A program made the translations under genes and the position numbers. The notes under the pieces were generated by a model. The model saw nothing but the letters and a program-made list of their open reading frames with translations, was not told the origin of the DNA and made no database searches. A stretch of 64,000 nucleotides of DNA from an uncultured Sporosarcina sp. (lineage in GTDB: Bacteria; Bacillota; Bacilli; Bacillales_A; Planococcaceae): positions 6,519-70,518 of the forward strand of contig CAZWAW010000001.1 in the NCBI GenBank assembly GCA_964632025.1, in the 5' to 3' direction. Positions 36,948 to 47,309 of this stretch are shown one piece after another (the stretch's first letter is position 1; the number at the start of each line of letters is the position of its first letter).

Positions 36948-38996
36948 ATGGTTTTCAATGTACGTGAATCGAACCGGTCGATTAAAACAAAATTTCCGAG
37001 AGAGGTTAAGGAAATTGAACATGTTTGGATTCCGTTATCGGACGGGACACGTCTATCGGCACGCATCTGGTTACCTTTAGACGCAGAACAAAATCCGGTT
37101 CCAGCTATTTTAGAATACCTCCCTTATCGTAAAAACGATTTTACAGCGTTAAGGGATTCGATTCGTCACCCGTACTTTGCGGGTCACGGCTATGCAAGCA
37201 TTCGCGTGGACATGCGTGGATGTGGCGATTCAGATGGAATTTTATATGACGAATATTTAAAACAGGAGCAGGACGATGGACTGGAAGTACTATCATGGAT
37301 TGAAAAGCAGCCATGGTTTACAGGCGGAGTGGGTATGATTGGGAAATCGTGGGGCGGTTTTAACGGCCTGCAGATGGCGGCACGTCGTCATCCCGCGCTG
37401 AAAACAATCATTACACTTTGTTCGACAGATGATCGTTACGCTGATGATGTTCACTATAAAGGCGGTGCACTTCTTGCGTCGGACATGCTTTGGTGGGGCT
37501 CTACAATGCTTGCCTACAATGCGCGACCTGCAGATCCCGCAGTTGTAGGGGATGCATGGAGAAAAAGCTGGTTGGAACGTTTAGAAAAAACACCGCCATT
37601 CGTAGAAGAATGGATGAGACACCAGCGTCGAGACGAATATTGGAAACATGGTTCCGTCTGTGAAAACTATGACGATATCGACATCCCTGTCTATGCAGTA
37701 GGGGGGTGGGCTGATGGTTATACCAATGCAATCCCCCGTTTACTTGAAGGACTGAAAGGTCCACGAAAAGGGTTGATCGGCCCTTGGGCGCATGAATATC
37801 CAGAAGTAGCGGTTCCTGGACCACAAATCGGCTTTTTACAAGAATGTATTCGTTGGTGGGATCACTGGTTAAAAGGCGTTGACACAGGAATCATGGAAGA
37901 ACCGATGCTACGTGCGTGGGTACAAGATAGCGTACCGCCTAAAACGGATTACGCAATTCGACCAGGTCATTGGGTTGCTGAAAATGAGTGGTCACCCGAG
38001 GAGCAAGAACAAAAAGCCTATTATCTGAACAAACAACAGCTTTCTGATAAACCGGTTGCGGAACAAGCAATCACTGTTTCAAGTGTTCAGCATCATGGAC
38101 TCTATTCCGGTGTTTTCTGCCCATTCGGACAGCCAGGAGACCTTCCTGCAGATCAGCGAATTGAAAATGGCCTTTCTGTAGTCTTTACATCTGACCCAGT
38201 AAATGAGGCGGTTGATATTCTAGGTTTCCCTGAGTTTACAGTTGAAGTAGCATCTGATCAGCCGAATGCATTACTCGCAGTTCGCCTGAATGACGTTGCA
38301 CCAGACGGTTCTTCGACACGCGTAACTTGGGGCGTATTGAATTTGACACACCGTAACAGCCATGAACATCCTGAACACCTGGAGCCAGGTGAAAAGTACA
38401 CGGTAACGGTTCGTATGAATGCAATCGGACACAATTTACCGGCAGGTCATTGTTGGCAATTAGCGGTATCGCCAACATACTGGCCTCACGCTTGGCCATC
38501 ACCTGAGCCAGTCACATTGACAGTCTTTGCAAATGAAAAGACATTTTTGGCGTTGCCTATCAGAGAACCTAAGGCTATAGATGGAGAATTACCACCGTTC
38601 GAACACCCGGAAACTGCAGCTGTAATGGAGCGTGTTATTCTACGCGAAGCAAACCGGACAAGAGAAATCCGGCATAATACAATAACAGATGTTTGGACGC
38701 TTGATGACTTTTCTGATGAAGGAGCAAGAATGCTTCCTAGTAACGGAATTGAATATGGCAGTACAAACCGCAACGTCTATTCCATTGCAGAAGAGGATCC
38801 ACAGTCTGCCAAAGTTCAATGTGATTGGACGCTGACTGTAGGACGCGGGGAGTGGCAAACGAGCCTGGAGAGTACCAGTATCATGACGGCAGACGATCAG
38901 CATTTCTATGTCACCAATGAACTGATTGCTTATGAAGGCGAGACGAAAGTATTCAATAAAACATGGAAAATAGAAGTTCCTAGGGATTTTGTGTAA
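36948..38996 (+). CDS. CocE/NonD family hydrolase (S15 X-Pro dipeptidyl-peptidase-like alpha/beta hydrolase)
   Basis: 682 aa. It has an N-terminal EYLPYRK-type motif, the nucleophile elbow GKSWGG and a large C-terminal beta-sandwich region typical of CocE/NonD. Confidence 0.85.
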   Translation: MVFNVRESNRSIKTKFPREVKEIEHVWIPLSDGTRLSARIWLPLDAEQNPVPAILEYLPYRKNDFTALRDSIRHPYFAGHGYASIRVDMRGCGDSDGILYDEYLKQEQDDGLEVLSWIEKQPWFTGGVGMIGKSWGGFNGLQMAARRHPALKTIITLCSTDDRYADDVHYKGGALLASDMLWWGSTMLAYNARPADPAVVGDAWRKSWLERLEKTPPFVEEWMRHQRRDEYWKHGSVCENYDDIDIPVYAVGGWADGYTNAIPRLLEGLKGPRKGLIGPWAHEYPEVAVPGPQIGFLQECIRWWDHWLKGVDTGIMEEPMLRAWVQDSVPPKTDYAIRPGHWVAENEWSPEEQEQKAYYLNKQQLSDKPVAEQAITVSSVQHHGLYSGVFCPFGQPGDLPADQRIENGLSVVFTSDPVNEAVDILGFPEFTVEVASDQPNALLAVRLNDVAPDGSSTRVTWGVLNLTHRNSHEHPEHLEPGEKYTVTVRMNAIGHNLPAGHCWQLAVSPTYWPHAWPSPEPVTLTVFANEKTFLALPIREPKAIDGELPPFEHPETAAVMERVILREANRTREIRHNTITDVWTLDDFSDEGARMLPSNGIEYGSTNRNVYSIAEEDPQSAKVQCDWTLTVGRGEWQTSLESTSIMTADDQHFYVTNELIAYEGETKVFNKTWKIEVPRDFV

Positions 38997-39005
38997 TCAA
39001 TAGTT

Positions 39006-39062
39006 CTCCTTGTACAGATAGAGTTCCTTTCCTTGGAAGCCTGTTTGTCACAAGGAGTTTTT
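39006..39062 (+). terminator. terminator after the hydrolase gene
   Basis: Outer stem ctccttgt/acaaggag followed by ttttt. The long loop has internal pairing. Confidence 0.5.
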
Positions 39063-39335
39063 AATGGGCTAACATTAAAAGTACTATTTTTACACGTATT
39101 TCTATGAGCCATATTATGAGTATGATTCACACTTTTAGAATTCATGATTATTTAATTGAATTAGATAAATAAGGTTGATTTCAATCGCAAGTATGATCAA
39201 AAGAGAAGGGTTTCGTTATAAAAATCTATGGGAGATAATTGGATACGTTTTTCCTATCAAGTACAAGGGATTTTAAATCGATTGAATAGTTACTTCTTAA
39301 AAAAATGAATGAGGTAAAGACCTTAGGGGGATCCC

Positions 39336-39860
39336 ATGACAGCTATACTATTTATCATCATTGCCATTAATATCGTATATGTATCCTTATTCACGTTACG
39401 CGTCATTCTTGTTATAAAAGGATACCGTACGGCGGCATCGATTCTTTCGATGGGCGAAGTGTTTGTTTACCTGATGGGTTTAACAATTGTCCTGGACAAT
39501 TTAGACAACCCTATCAATATCGCAGCGTATTGTGTTGGCTGGGGAATGGGTGTCTTCCTCGGAAGTAAGATTGAAGAACGCTTGGCACTCGGTTATATCG
39601 TCTTTGACGTCGTTGTTGATTCACTTGAGATTGAAATACCCATGAAAATCCGTGAACAAGGGTATGGCGTTACATCTTGGGTGGCAGACGGTAAAGACGG
39701 TAAACGACTCGTTATGAAAGTGTTAGCGAAACGAAATTACGAACAGAAATTAAGAAAACTCGTCCTTTCATTAGCGCCTAAAGCATTTATCATCTCCTAT
39801 GAACCGAACAAGTTCAATGGCGGATTTTTGCTCAAAAACCTAAACTCAGGACGAAGTTAA
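39336..39860 (+). CDS. UPF0316/DUF2179 membrane protein (YebE-like)
   Basis: 174 aa with three N-terminal TM segments and a C-terminal DUF2179-like domain. It resembles B. subtilis YebE (from memory). Confidence 0.75.
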   Translation: MTAILFIIIAINIVYVSLFTLRVILVIKGYRTAASILSMGEVFVYLMGLTIVLDNLDNPINIAAYCVGWGMGVFLGSKIEERLALGYIVFDVVVDSLEIEIPMKIREQGYGVTSWVADGKDGKRLVMKVLAKRNYEQKLRKLVLSLAPKAFIISYEPNKFNGGFLLKNLNSGRS

Positions 39861-39916
39861 TGTCCAAAAAATGTTCAAAGTGAATAACATTAAATATAGT
39901 GTGAGGGGTATGAAGA

Positions 39917-40891
39917 ATGGCTATATTAAAAGATTTATTTATTGGGTTATCCCAAAACCAACTACTAAATACTGCAGCAAAAAAATACGGTTTGAAATTA
40001 GGGGCACAACACGTCGTCGCAGGGACGAATGTTGCAGAAACGATTGAAAGTATAAAGGAACTGAATGCGCAAGGTATTACTTGTACGGTCGATAATTTAG
40101 GCGAATTCGTTTTTCAAAAAGAGGAAGCAATGGAAGCGAAAGAACAGATTCTTGAGGTAATCGAAGCAATCCATACACATAAAGTGGATGCACATATTTC
40201 ATTAAAGCCATCTCAACTTGGATTGGATATCGACTATGATTTCTGCTTGAATAACTTAACAGAAATCGTAAGTAAAGCGAGCGATTATGGTATTTTCATC
40301 AACTTCGACATGGAGGATCACAATCGTCTACAAGCATCGTTTGATTTATTAGAAACGCTATCTGAAGACTATATTAATATAGGAACAGTAATCCAAGCTT
40401 ATTTCTTCCGTGCAGTAGATGACATTAAAAAATATAAAAACTACCGCTTACGGATCGTGAAAGGTGCGTATAAAGAGTCTGAAGAATACGCGTATCAAGA
40501 TAAGAAAGTTATTGATGAAAACTATATCAAACTCATTGAATGGCATTTGTTAAATGGGAAATTCACATCAATTGCAACACATGACCATGTAGTCATTAAT
40601 CATGTGAAAAAGTTTGTGGAAAAGAACAATATTTCAAATGACAAGTTCGAATTCCAAATGTTATACGGGTTCAGAGTGGATATGCAGCTTCAATTGGCGA
40701 ATGAAGGCTATAACTTCTGTACATATGTTCCTTTTGGTAGTGACTGGTATGGCTATTTTATGAGACGTCTTGCGGAAAGGCCACAGAATTTAAATCTTGT
40801 TGTGAAACAAGTGTTTAATAAGAAAACGAATAAGGTTATTGGGCTGTCGGTAGGGGCATTTTTGTTAGGTAGGGTGTCTAAAAGGAAATAG
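39917..40891 (+). CDS. proline dehydrogenase
   Basis: 324 aa with monofunctional PutB/FadM-like PRODH motifs (VKGAYKE, MLYGFR, YVPFGSDWYGYFMRRLAERPQNL). Confidence 0.9.
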   Translation: MAILKDLFIGLSQNQLLNTAAKKYGLKLGAQHVVAGTNVAETIESIKELNAQGITCTVDNLGEFVFQKEEAMEAKEQILEVIEAIHTHKVDAHISLKPSQLGLDIDYDFCLNNLTEIVSKASDYGIFINFDMEDHNRLQASFDLLETLSEDYINIGTVIQAYFFRAVDDIKKYKNYRLRIVKGAYKESEEYAYQDKKVIDENYIKLIEWHLLNGKFTSIATHDHVVINHVKKFVEKNNISNDKFEFQMLYGFRVDMQLQLANEGYNFCTYVPFGSDWYGYFMRRLAERPQNLNLVVKQVFNKKTNKVIGLSVGAFLLGRVSKRK

Positions 40892-40916
40892 ATTTTTCAT
40901 ATAACCAATAGGTATT

Positions 40917-40955
40917 CCGGTTCGAATGAATTTACCATTTGAACCGGGACTTTTT
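40917..40955 (+). terminator. rho-independent terminator
   Basis: Stem ccggttcgaatg/catttgaaccgg with one mismatch, followed by gacttttt. Confidence 0.6.
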
Positions 40956-41172
40956 GCATTTATGATTCGGATGAAACTGTTTCAAAGCTTAAAGGACGCC
41001 TCCCGCGACAAGCCATTCAGAAAGCACATTTTATTACACTGGATTAAACCTGCAACCTGAAACACATATTGATATGTCTCATATGTGGGTGGATAGAATT
41101 AAAAACTTGTGCTACAGTTAATTCGCAGACAAGTTCAACTAGTTTAGTACATAAAAAATAAGAAATGTAGGG

Positions 41173-42072
41173 ATGGAACTTATGAAAATACTAGCGGTAG
41201 ATATTGGTGGAACATCTATTAAGATGTGCATGGCTGATGAAAAAGGGAATGCTTCTGCATTTAAAGAATTTGATTCTGAAGCTGAAAAGGGTGGACAATA
41301 CTTAGTTGATAATATAATCGAGAAAATTATAGAGACTTATACAGAGTTTGATGCCATTGGTATTAGTACAGCTAGTCAAGTAAATAGCGAAGAGGGCTCT
41401 ATCATTTACGCGAATGAAAACTTTCCAAATTATACAGGTATGAAAATAAAAGCTATTTTTGAAGCTAAGTTCGGAGTTCCTGTGAAGGTTGAAAACGATG
41501 TGAATGCGGCCGCTTTAGGAGAGAAACATTTTGGGGCTGGTAAGAACTTTAACGATTTCTTATGCTTAACTTACGGAACTGGTATAGGCGGCGCAATTGT
41601 AATGGATTCCACTGTTTATAAAGGGCTTAATGGAGGTGCCGGCGAATTTGGTCACCTGATTTTGCATCCTGGGGGCAAGCGGTGTAATTGTGGCTGTGTA
41701 GGATGTTACGAGATGTATGGATCGACTACCGCCTTAGTGAAAAAAGCATTGGAGATCGATATCAAATATAGCAATGGTCGAATGATTTTTGAAGGCTTGG
41801 AACAAGGCGATGTATCACTTGAGAAGGTGCTTAATGACTGGGTACTTGAAGTCGCATATGGCCTTGTTTCATTAACGCATATCTTTAATCCTCCAGCGAT
41901 TATTATAGGCGGTGGCGTGATGGAGCAAGAAAGATTAATAGCAATGGTGACTAACAAAGCAAAGGATTTAATGTTGAAAAGTTTTTCTAATGTGGAGATA
42001 TTGAAAGCGTCGCTCGGAAATAAAGCGGGATTATTAGGGGCTGCGTCATTGCATTTGCCTAGCAAAGACTAA
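41173..42072 (+). CDS. ROK family sugar kinase
   Basis: 299 aa. It has the ATP-binding motif [11 protein letters not shown], the ROK signature and the zinc motif [21 protein letters not shown]. The start could instead be ATG 41182. Confidence 0.85.
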   Translation: MELMKILAVDIGGTSIKMCMADEKGNASAFKEFDSEAEKGGQYLVDNIIEKIIETYTEFDAIGISTASQVNSEEGSIIYANENFPNYTGMKIKAIFEAKFGVPVKVENDVNAAALGEKHFGAGKNFNDFLCLTYGTGIGGAIVMDSTVYKGLNGGAGEFGHLILHPGGKRCNCGCVGCYEMYGSTTALVKKALEIDIKYSNGRMIFEGLEQGDVSLEKVLNDWVLEVAYGLVSLTHIFNPPAIIIGGGVMEQERLIAMVTNKAKDLMLKSFSNVEILKASLGNKAGLLGAASLHLPSKD

Positions 42073-42141
42073 AGGTTTACACCATACGGGTTTGTAAAGA
42101 TCGAAGTTTTGAAAGATAGCTCTTGTTGTTCTTTTACGAGT

Positions 42142-42177
42142 GAGAGTAATCACATTAAGTGGTTGACTCTCTTTTTA
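42142..42177 (+). terminator. terminator after the ROK kinase gene
   Basis: Imperfect stem gagagtaatcac/gtggttgactctc followed by ttttt. Confidence 0.4.
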
Positions 42178-42229
42178 TTATTTGTACACGATGATAACAT
42201 TCTATTTAGAAAAAAGGAGAGGTACAAGT

Positions 42230-42925
42230 ATGAACAACAAAGCAGGTTTTATGGGTGGCTTGTATGCTATTAGTGAATGGATAATGAAGTTTTCTTTGAT
42301 AAATCTGTTTTGGATACTCTTTAATATACCTATTGTTTTTTTACTTTTAAATCTATTATTCATTGAACAGATAGAAGAATTACCCCTTTTATTGATTCCT
42401 TTAATCATCCTTATGCCAATTTTATTCTTCCCCGCAACGACTGCAATGTTTGGGATGGTAAGAGGTTGGATCATTAAAGATGAAGATAGTAGCCATCTTT
42501 TCAAGTCCTATTGGCGATACTATAAAGAAAATTATAAAAGAAGTGTATCAAGTGGTCTAATTTTAACGATAGCTTGGATGATTTGGGCGGTAGATGTCTA
42601 TTACTTCTTCAATAATAATAGTATTATGATGTTTCTTTTTATGATCATGGGTATTATTTTATTTGTCTTTTCAATCAATCATTTTTCGGTTACAGTCCAT
42701 TATCATATGAAGTTGTTTACTGGATTAAAAAATACGCTTCTCCTAACGATAGGTAGTCCAGTGTTATTTATCACGGTGGCAATTAGTAGTGGTGTAGTCT
42801 TATATGTAAGCCTAAACGTTTTCAGGTTCTTCCTTCCCTTCTTAACGGGCTCGCTTATTGCGTTCTTGTCCTTTTCCGCATTTTATAGAAATTATTTAAA
42901 AATAACTGAAAAAAGTAAAAACTGA
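42230..42925 (+). CDS. YesL family (DUF624) membrane protein
   Basis: ATG 42230 follows AAAGGAGAGG. It has the typical YesL N-terminus (FMGGLYAISEWIMKFSLINLFWILFNIPIV) and is a paralogue of 58113-58796. Confidence 0.75.
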   Translation: MNNKAGFMGGLYAISEWIMKFSLINLFWILFNIPIVFLLLNLLFIEQIEELPLLLIPLIILMPILFFPATTAMFGMVRGWIIKDEDSSHLFKSYWRYYKENYKRSVSSGLILTIAWMIWAVDVYYFFNNNSIMMFLFMIMGIILFVFSINHFSVTVHYHMKLFTGLKNTLLLTIGSPVLFITVAISSGVVLYVSLNVFRFFLPFLTGSLIAFLSFSAFYRNYLKITEKSKN

Positions 42926-43014
42926 AATCACCTAAAATTTAATAGAAACTAATAAATCAATTATTTGTGTTGCGCAATTTGAAATTGAATGTTAGTCTAA
43001 AGATGCGTAATCAA

Positions 43015-43028
43015 TGCAACCGGTTTCA
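43015..43028. promoter_or_regulatory. LacI-family operator / cre-like site, copy 1
   Basis: TGCAACCGGTTTCA fits TGNAANCGNTTNCA. It lies about 100 nt upstream of the binding-protein gene. Confidence 0.4.
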
Positions 43029-43081
43029 TAAACGGTCTGGGGGTGATAAATCGATAGGTGATAGATACAAGCATGAAAATA

Positions 43082-43095
43082 TGCAACCGCTTTCA
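43082..43095. promoter_or_regulatory. LacI-family operator / cre-like site, copy 2
   Basis: TGCAACCGCTTTCA lies 30 nt upstream of the binding-protein start. Confidence 0.4.
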
Positions 43096-43124
43096 TTGAG
43101 GAAAACAAAAAAGGGGAGATTATA

Positions 43125-44426
43125 TTGAAAAATAAGAAGCATTTTATGGGTTTAGTTTCTGTACTGTTAATTTCTATGCTTGCATTAGTGGGATGCTCAG
43201 CTTCGGAAGGTGAAGGAAAAGACAATTCATCTGGGGATCAGGTAACAGTAGATATCTTTCAATTTAAAGTAGAAATTAAAGAACAATTTGAAAATCTGGT
43301 CAAAGTATATGAAAAAGAAAATCCTAATGTAAAAATTAATGTTAAAACTGTCGGTGGGGGAAATGATTATGGTGCATCTTTAAAAACAGCATTCTCTTCT
43401 GGTGAAGAACCAGCTATCTTTAACGTAGGTGGTCCATCGTCTGTTGCAGAGTATAGAGAATATCTTGCGGATGTATCTGATACAGATGCAGCAAAAATTG
43501 CCCTTGAAGGAACTCTAGACACTGTGCGAGATGGCGATGAGGTTCTGGGATTACCGTTTAATCAAGAAGGTTATGGCTTAATTTATAATAAGAGGATCTT
43601 TAAAGAAGCCGGAATTAATCCTGATGAAATTATTACTTTTAAAGATTTAGAGAATGCGGTTCAATCATTGGACAGTCAAAAGGAAAAACTAGGTATTGAT
43701 GCTGTGTTTGCACTTGCAGCTAAAGAAAAATGGGTTATTGGTAACCATCTAGCAAACATCTTCTTTGCACCAGAATTTAATAATGATGCTATGGAGGCTT
43801 TTAATGCTAAGACAATCGCATTTGAAAAAGGCGATGAATTGAAAAGGCATCTCGATTTGGAGAATAAATATTCTGTTCAACCCGTACTCAGCTTAGATTA
43901 TTCTCAGCAAGTTGAACAACTATTTTCTTTAGAGAAAGTGGCTATAATCCAACAAGGTAACTGGGTATTTAATTCTATTTACGATATGGATCCAGAATTG
44001 GCTGAAAACAATATCGGAATTATGCCAGTTCCTGTTGAAGGACTTGAAGGGCATATTCCAGCCGGTGTGCCAATGTATTGGGCTGTAAATAGTAAGAGCG
44101 ATGAAAAAGTAGTTCAAGCGAGTAAAGATTTCTTGAATTGGATGTATACATCTGAAACGGGTAAAACTGCTGTTTTAGAAGACTTTAAATTCATTCCAGC
44201 ATATAAAGATTATGATTCATCGAAAATAGCAGATCCACTTTCTCAAACAATTTATGAGTATGCTTCCAAGGGTAATACTATTCAAGGATGGGTATTCCAA
44301 GGTTCTCCAACTGGGTGGAGTGAGGGAGTACTCGGAGCTAGCATGCAAAAGTATTTAAGTGGTGGTATCGCTTGGGACGAAATGCTTAAACAAGCACAAA
44401 CGAAATGGGAAGAAGAACGAAAGTAA
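43125..44426 (+). CDS. sugar ABC transporter substrate-binding lipoprotein (family 1)
   Basis: 433 aa. A TTG start follows AAAGGGGAG. It has a lipobox (LVGCSAS) and the typical SBP_bac_1 layout. Confidence 0.9.
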   Translation: MKNKKHFMGLVSVLLISMLALVGCSASEGEGKDNSSGDQVTVDIFQFKVEIKEQFENLVKVYEKENPNVKINVKTVGGGNDYGASLKTAFSSGEEPAIFNVGGPSSVAEYREYLADVSDTDAAKIALEGTLDTVRDGDEVLGLPFNQEGYGLIYNKRIFKEAGINPDEIITFKDLENAVQSLDSQKEKLGIDAVFALAAKEKWVIGNHLANIFFAPEFNNDAMEAFNAKTIAFEKGDELKRHLDLENKYSVQPVLSLDYSQQVEQLFSLEKVAIIQQGNWVFNSIYDMDPELAENNIGIMPVPVEGLEGHIPAGVPMYWAVNSKSDEKVVQASKDFLNWMYTSETGKTAVLEDFKFIPAYKDYDSSKIADPLSQTIYEYASKGNTIQGWVFQGSPTGWSEGVLGASMQKYLSGGIAWDEMLKQAQTKWEEERK

Positions 44427-44506
44427 CTTGATTCACAAGCAAAATGCAGCTAACAAAAATCTGTTGGATCTTTTGTTAGCTGTACTACATATTGGGGGTG
44501 CTAGTA

Positions 44507-45367
44507 ATGCGTAATCGTGATTTGTCATTTTGGTTATTTTTAATGCCGGTAATTTTAAGTTTAAGTATTGTCATTATTATTCCATTTATTTATGGTTTCA
44601 TCTACTCATTCACGAATTGGAACGGTTTGGTAGCGACTGAATTTCTTGGTTTTAAAAACTATATTACTTTATTAAAAGATGAAGAATTCAGGGCATCCGT
44701 GTGGTTTACAACTAAATTTGCAGTCGCTTCGGTAATACTCCTAAACTTTTTAGGGTTAGGTCTAGCTTTGCTGGTAACTCGAAATATGAAAACAAGTAGT
44801 TTTATGAGAACTGTTTTTTTCATGCCAAACTTAATTGGAGGACTAATTTTAGGGTTTATTTGGCAGTTTGTTTTCATCAGTGTTTTTGGAAGTTTAGGAG
44901 ATTTACTTGGAATTGAGGCATTAACAGGTTGGTTGTCTACGACTGCGACAGGTTTTTGGGGATTAGTCATTTTAACGTCTTGGCAAATGGCTGGCTACAT
45001 TATGATTATTTATATTGCATATTTGGAGAATATACCAAAAGATTTACTTGAAGCGGCAGAAATTGATGGCGCATCTAGCTTTCAACGCTTTCGGAATATC
45101 ACTTTTCCACTAGTAGCACCCGCATTTACTGTTAGTATGTTTTTAACACTGTCTAGTTCATTTCAAATCTATGATCAAAACTTATCTTTGACAGATGGCG
45201 GACCATATAACTCTACACAAATGGTTGCAATGAGTATTGTTAAAGCAGCTTTCACTGAAAATAAGATGGCCTATGCCCAAACACAAGCCGTTATTTTCTT
45301 CCTGATTATTGCAACCGTTGCCGTTACACAAGTTTACTATAATAAAAAAAGGGAGGTGGACTTGTAA
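44507..45367 (+). CDS. carbohydrate ABC transporter permease (MalF/UgpA-like)
   Basis: ATG 44507 follows GGGGGTG. It has the EAA loop (LLEAAEIDGASSFQRFRNITFPL). Confidence 0.9.
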   Translation: MRNRDLSFWLFLMPVILSLSIVIIIPFIYGFIYSFTNWNGLVATEFLGFKNYITLLKDEEFRASVWFTTKFAVASVILLNFLGLGLALLVTRNMKTSSFMRTVFFMPNLIGGLILGFIWQFVFISVFGSLGDLLGIEALTGWLSTTATGFWGLVILTSWQMAGYIMIIYIAYLENIPKDLLEAAEIDGASSFQRFRNITFPLVAPAFTVSMFLTLSSSFQIYDQNLSLTDGGPYNSTQMVAMSIVKAAFTENKMAYAQTQAVIFFLIIATVAVTQVYYNKKREVDL

Positions 45368-46185
45368 TGAAGCAAAATCAACGTAATCTATATATAATAG
45401 AATTTTTCGGTATATTGCTTGCTTTGTTATGGCTCTCCCCTTTTTACTTAATGATTGTTAATGCGTTTAAAACAAAGAGGGAAATCTTCACGGATGTACT
45501 AGGATTGCCAAATGAATCCACTATGGATAACTTTGTAAAGGCCTTTGTCGATTTGGATTTTATGAAATCTTTTTTTAACTCCGTAATAATTACTGTTTTA
45601 GGAGTAGGGGTTATTATTATCTTTTCATCTATGGCGGGATATGCACTGGCACGGAATAAAAGTAAATTGAGTGGCATTATCTTGTTAGTTTTTGTTGCTG
45701 CGATGTTAATTCCGTTTCAATCAGTTATGATTCCACTTGTTTCGCTTTTTGGAAAAGCGGATATGCTGAATCGTCCAGGTCTCATCTTTATGTACTTAGG
45801 ATTTGGCTCTAGTTTATCAATATTCTTATATCATGGTGCAATGACTGGAATATCCAATTCAATGGATGAGGCGGCAATTATCGATGGAGCAAATAGATTC
45901 CAAGTGTTTTGGAAGATTATTTTTCCTTTACTAAAGCCTATTTCAGTTACAGTAGGAATATTAAATGTGATTTGGATTTGGAATGATTACCTATTACCGT
46001 CTCTTATATTGTCAGAATCAAGTGCGACAATCCCTATAAAAATGTTCCTTTTCTTTGGGCAATACACAAAACAATGGCATTTAGCATTAGCGGGGTTAAC
46101 AATCGCCGTGATTCCAGTTATTATCGGTTACTTTTTCGCACAAAAGCAAATTATCGAAGGGGTATCCGAAGGTGCCGTTAAATAA
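45367..46185 (+). CDS. carbohydrate ABC transporter permease (MalG/UgpE-like)
   Basis: The start overlaps the upstream stop (TAATG). It has the EAA loop (MDEAAIIDGANRFQVFWKIIFPL). Confidence 0.9.
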   Translation: MKQNQRNLYIIEFFGILLALLWLSPFYLMIVNAFKTKREIFTDVLGLPNESTMDNFVKAFVDLDFMKSFFNSVIITVLGVGVIIIFSSMAGYALARNKSKLSGIILLVFVAAMLIPFQSVMIPLVSLFGKADMLNRPGLIFMYLGFGSSLSIFLYHGAMTGISNSMDEAAIIDGANRFQVFWKIIFPLLKPISVTVGILNVIWIWNDYLLPSLILSESSATIPIKMFLFFGQYTKQWHLALAGLTIAVIPVIIGYFFAQKQIIEGVSEGAVK

Positions 46186-46205
46186 AAGTAAAAAGGATGA
46201 AGGTT

Positions 46206-47225
46206 ATGTCAGTAACGATTAAAGATGTTGCGGCTCAAGCAAATGTAGCCCCATCTACCGTTTCACGTGTAATTTCAGATAGCCCCCTCATTAGTGAGAA
46301 AACGAAGAGGAAAGTCCAAAAAGTTATGGATGAAATGGGTTATCATTTAAACTATAATGCGCAAATGCTTGCTACACAATCAACAAAGACAATCGGTATT
46401 ATTATGAAAAACTCTACGGCAGAATTTATGCATAACTCCTTTTTTCCAGAAGTCATTCGGGGAATCAGTGCCTTGTGCAGTAAGCATGATTTCAGTATCA
46501 GTCTAACTACAGGGGAATCTGAGGAAGAAATCTTTACTGATACGGTGAAAATGGTACGTGGAAAAAGAGTAGATGGCATGATTGTCTTATACTCAAAAAA
46601 AGATGATAAAGTGGTTCCTTATTTAATTGAATCTGGCATTCCTTTTGTCGTTATCGGTAAACCTCTAATTGAATCCGGTAAGATCATGTTTGTAGATAAT
46701 GACAACGTTCAAGCAGCGAAAGAAGCGACAGATTTTTTACTAAGCCTTGGACATGAAAAGATTGCATTTATTGGCGAAGATAAGCAGTTTGAAGTAAGTG
46801 AAGCTAGATTAAATGGTTTCATTCAAGCGGTAAAAGGAAAGAACTTGGATATTCCAGAGGGGTTCATTAAGAATATACAATTCGATCTTAACCATGGCAA
46901 ACAAATTGTCACTGAATTAATGAGTATGGCTGAGCCACCTACTGCATTAGTTGTCTCAGATGACTTAAATGCATTAATTGTGTTGACTGCTTTAAGTGAA
47001 AAAAATATCAAAGTACCGGACGATATGAGTATGATTGTCTTTAATAATTCAGTTATATCGAAAGTAGCCAATCCGCCCTTAACAACAGTAGATACACAAA
47101 TATTTCAATTGGGCTATGAATCTGCGAACTGCCTAATCGAACTGGTGAAAGATCCGCAAATGTTTAGAAAAAGTGTCATCATACCAACTGTTATTGTCGA
47201 AAGAAATTCGTGTTTACCCCTGTAA
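46206..47225 (+). CDS. LacI family transcriptional regulator
   Basis: It has the HTH motif TIKDVAAQANVAPSTVSRVIS and a periplasmic-binding-fold effector domain. Confidence 0.9.
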   Translation: MSVTIKDVAAQANVAPSTVSRVISDSPLISEKTKRKVQKVMDEMGYHLNYNAQMLATQSTKTIGIIMKNSTAEFMHNSFFPEVIRGISALCSKHDFSISLTTGESEEEIFTDTVKMVRGKRVDGMIVLYSKKDDKVVPYLIESGIPFVVIGKPLIESGKIMFVDNDNVQAAKEATDFLLSLGHEKIAFIGEDKQFEVSEARLNGFIQAVKGKNLDIPEGFIKNIQFDLNHGKQIVTELMSMAEPPTALVVSDDLNALIVLTALSEKNIKVPDDMSMIVFNNSVISKVANPPLTTVDTQIFQLGYESANCLIELVKDPQMFRKSVIIPTVIVERNSCLPL

Positions 47226-47255
47226 GTAGGGACAATACGAAATTTCAAGCATAAA

Positions 47256-47269
47256 TGCAACCGGTTGCT
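47256..47269. promoter_or_regulatory. LacI-family operator / cre-like site, copy 3
   Basis: TGCAACCGGTTGCT (core palindrome GCAACCGGTTGC) lies 40 nt upstream of the ThuA-like gene. Confidence 0.4.
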
Positions 47270-47309
47270 TGAATTCATGCAACAGATTATTTTGAAGGAG
47301 GAACTATTC

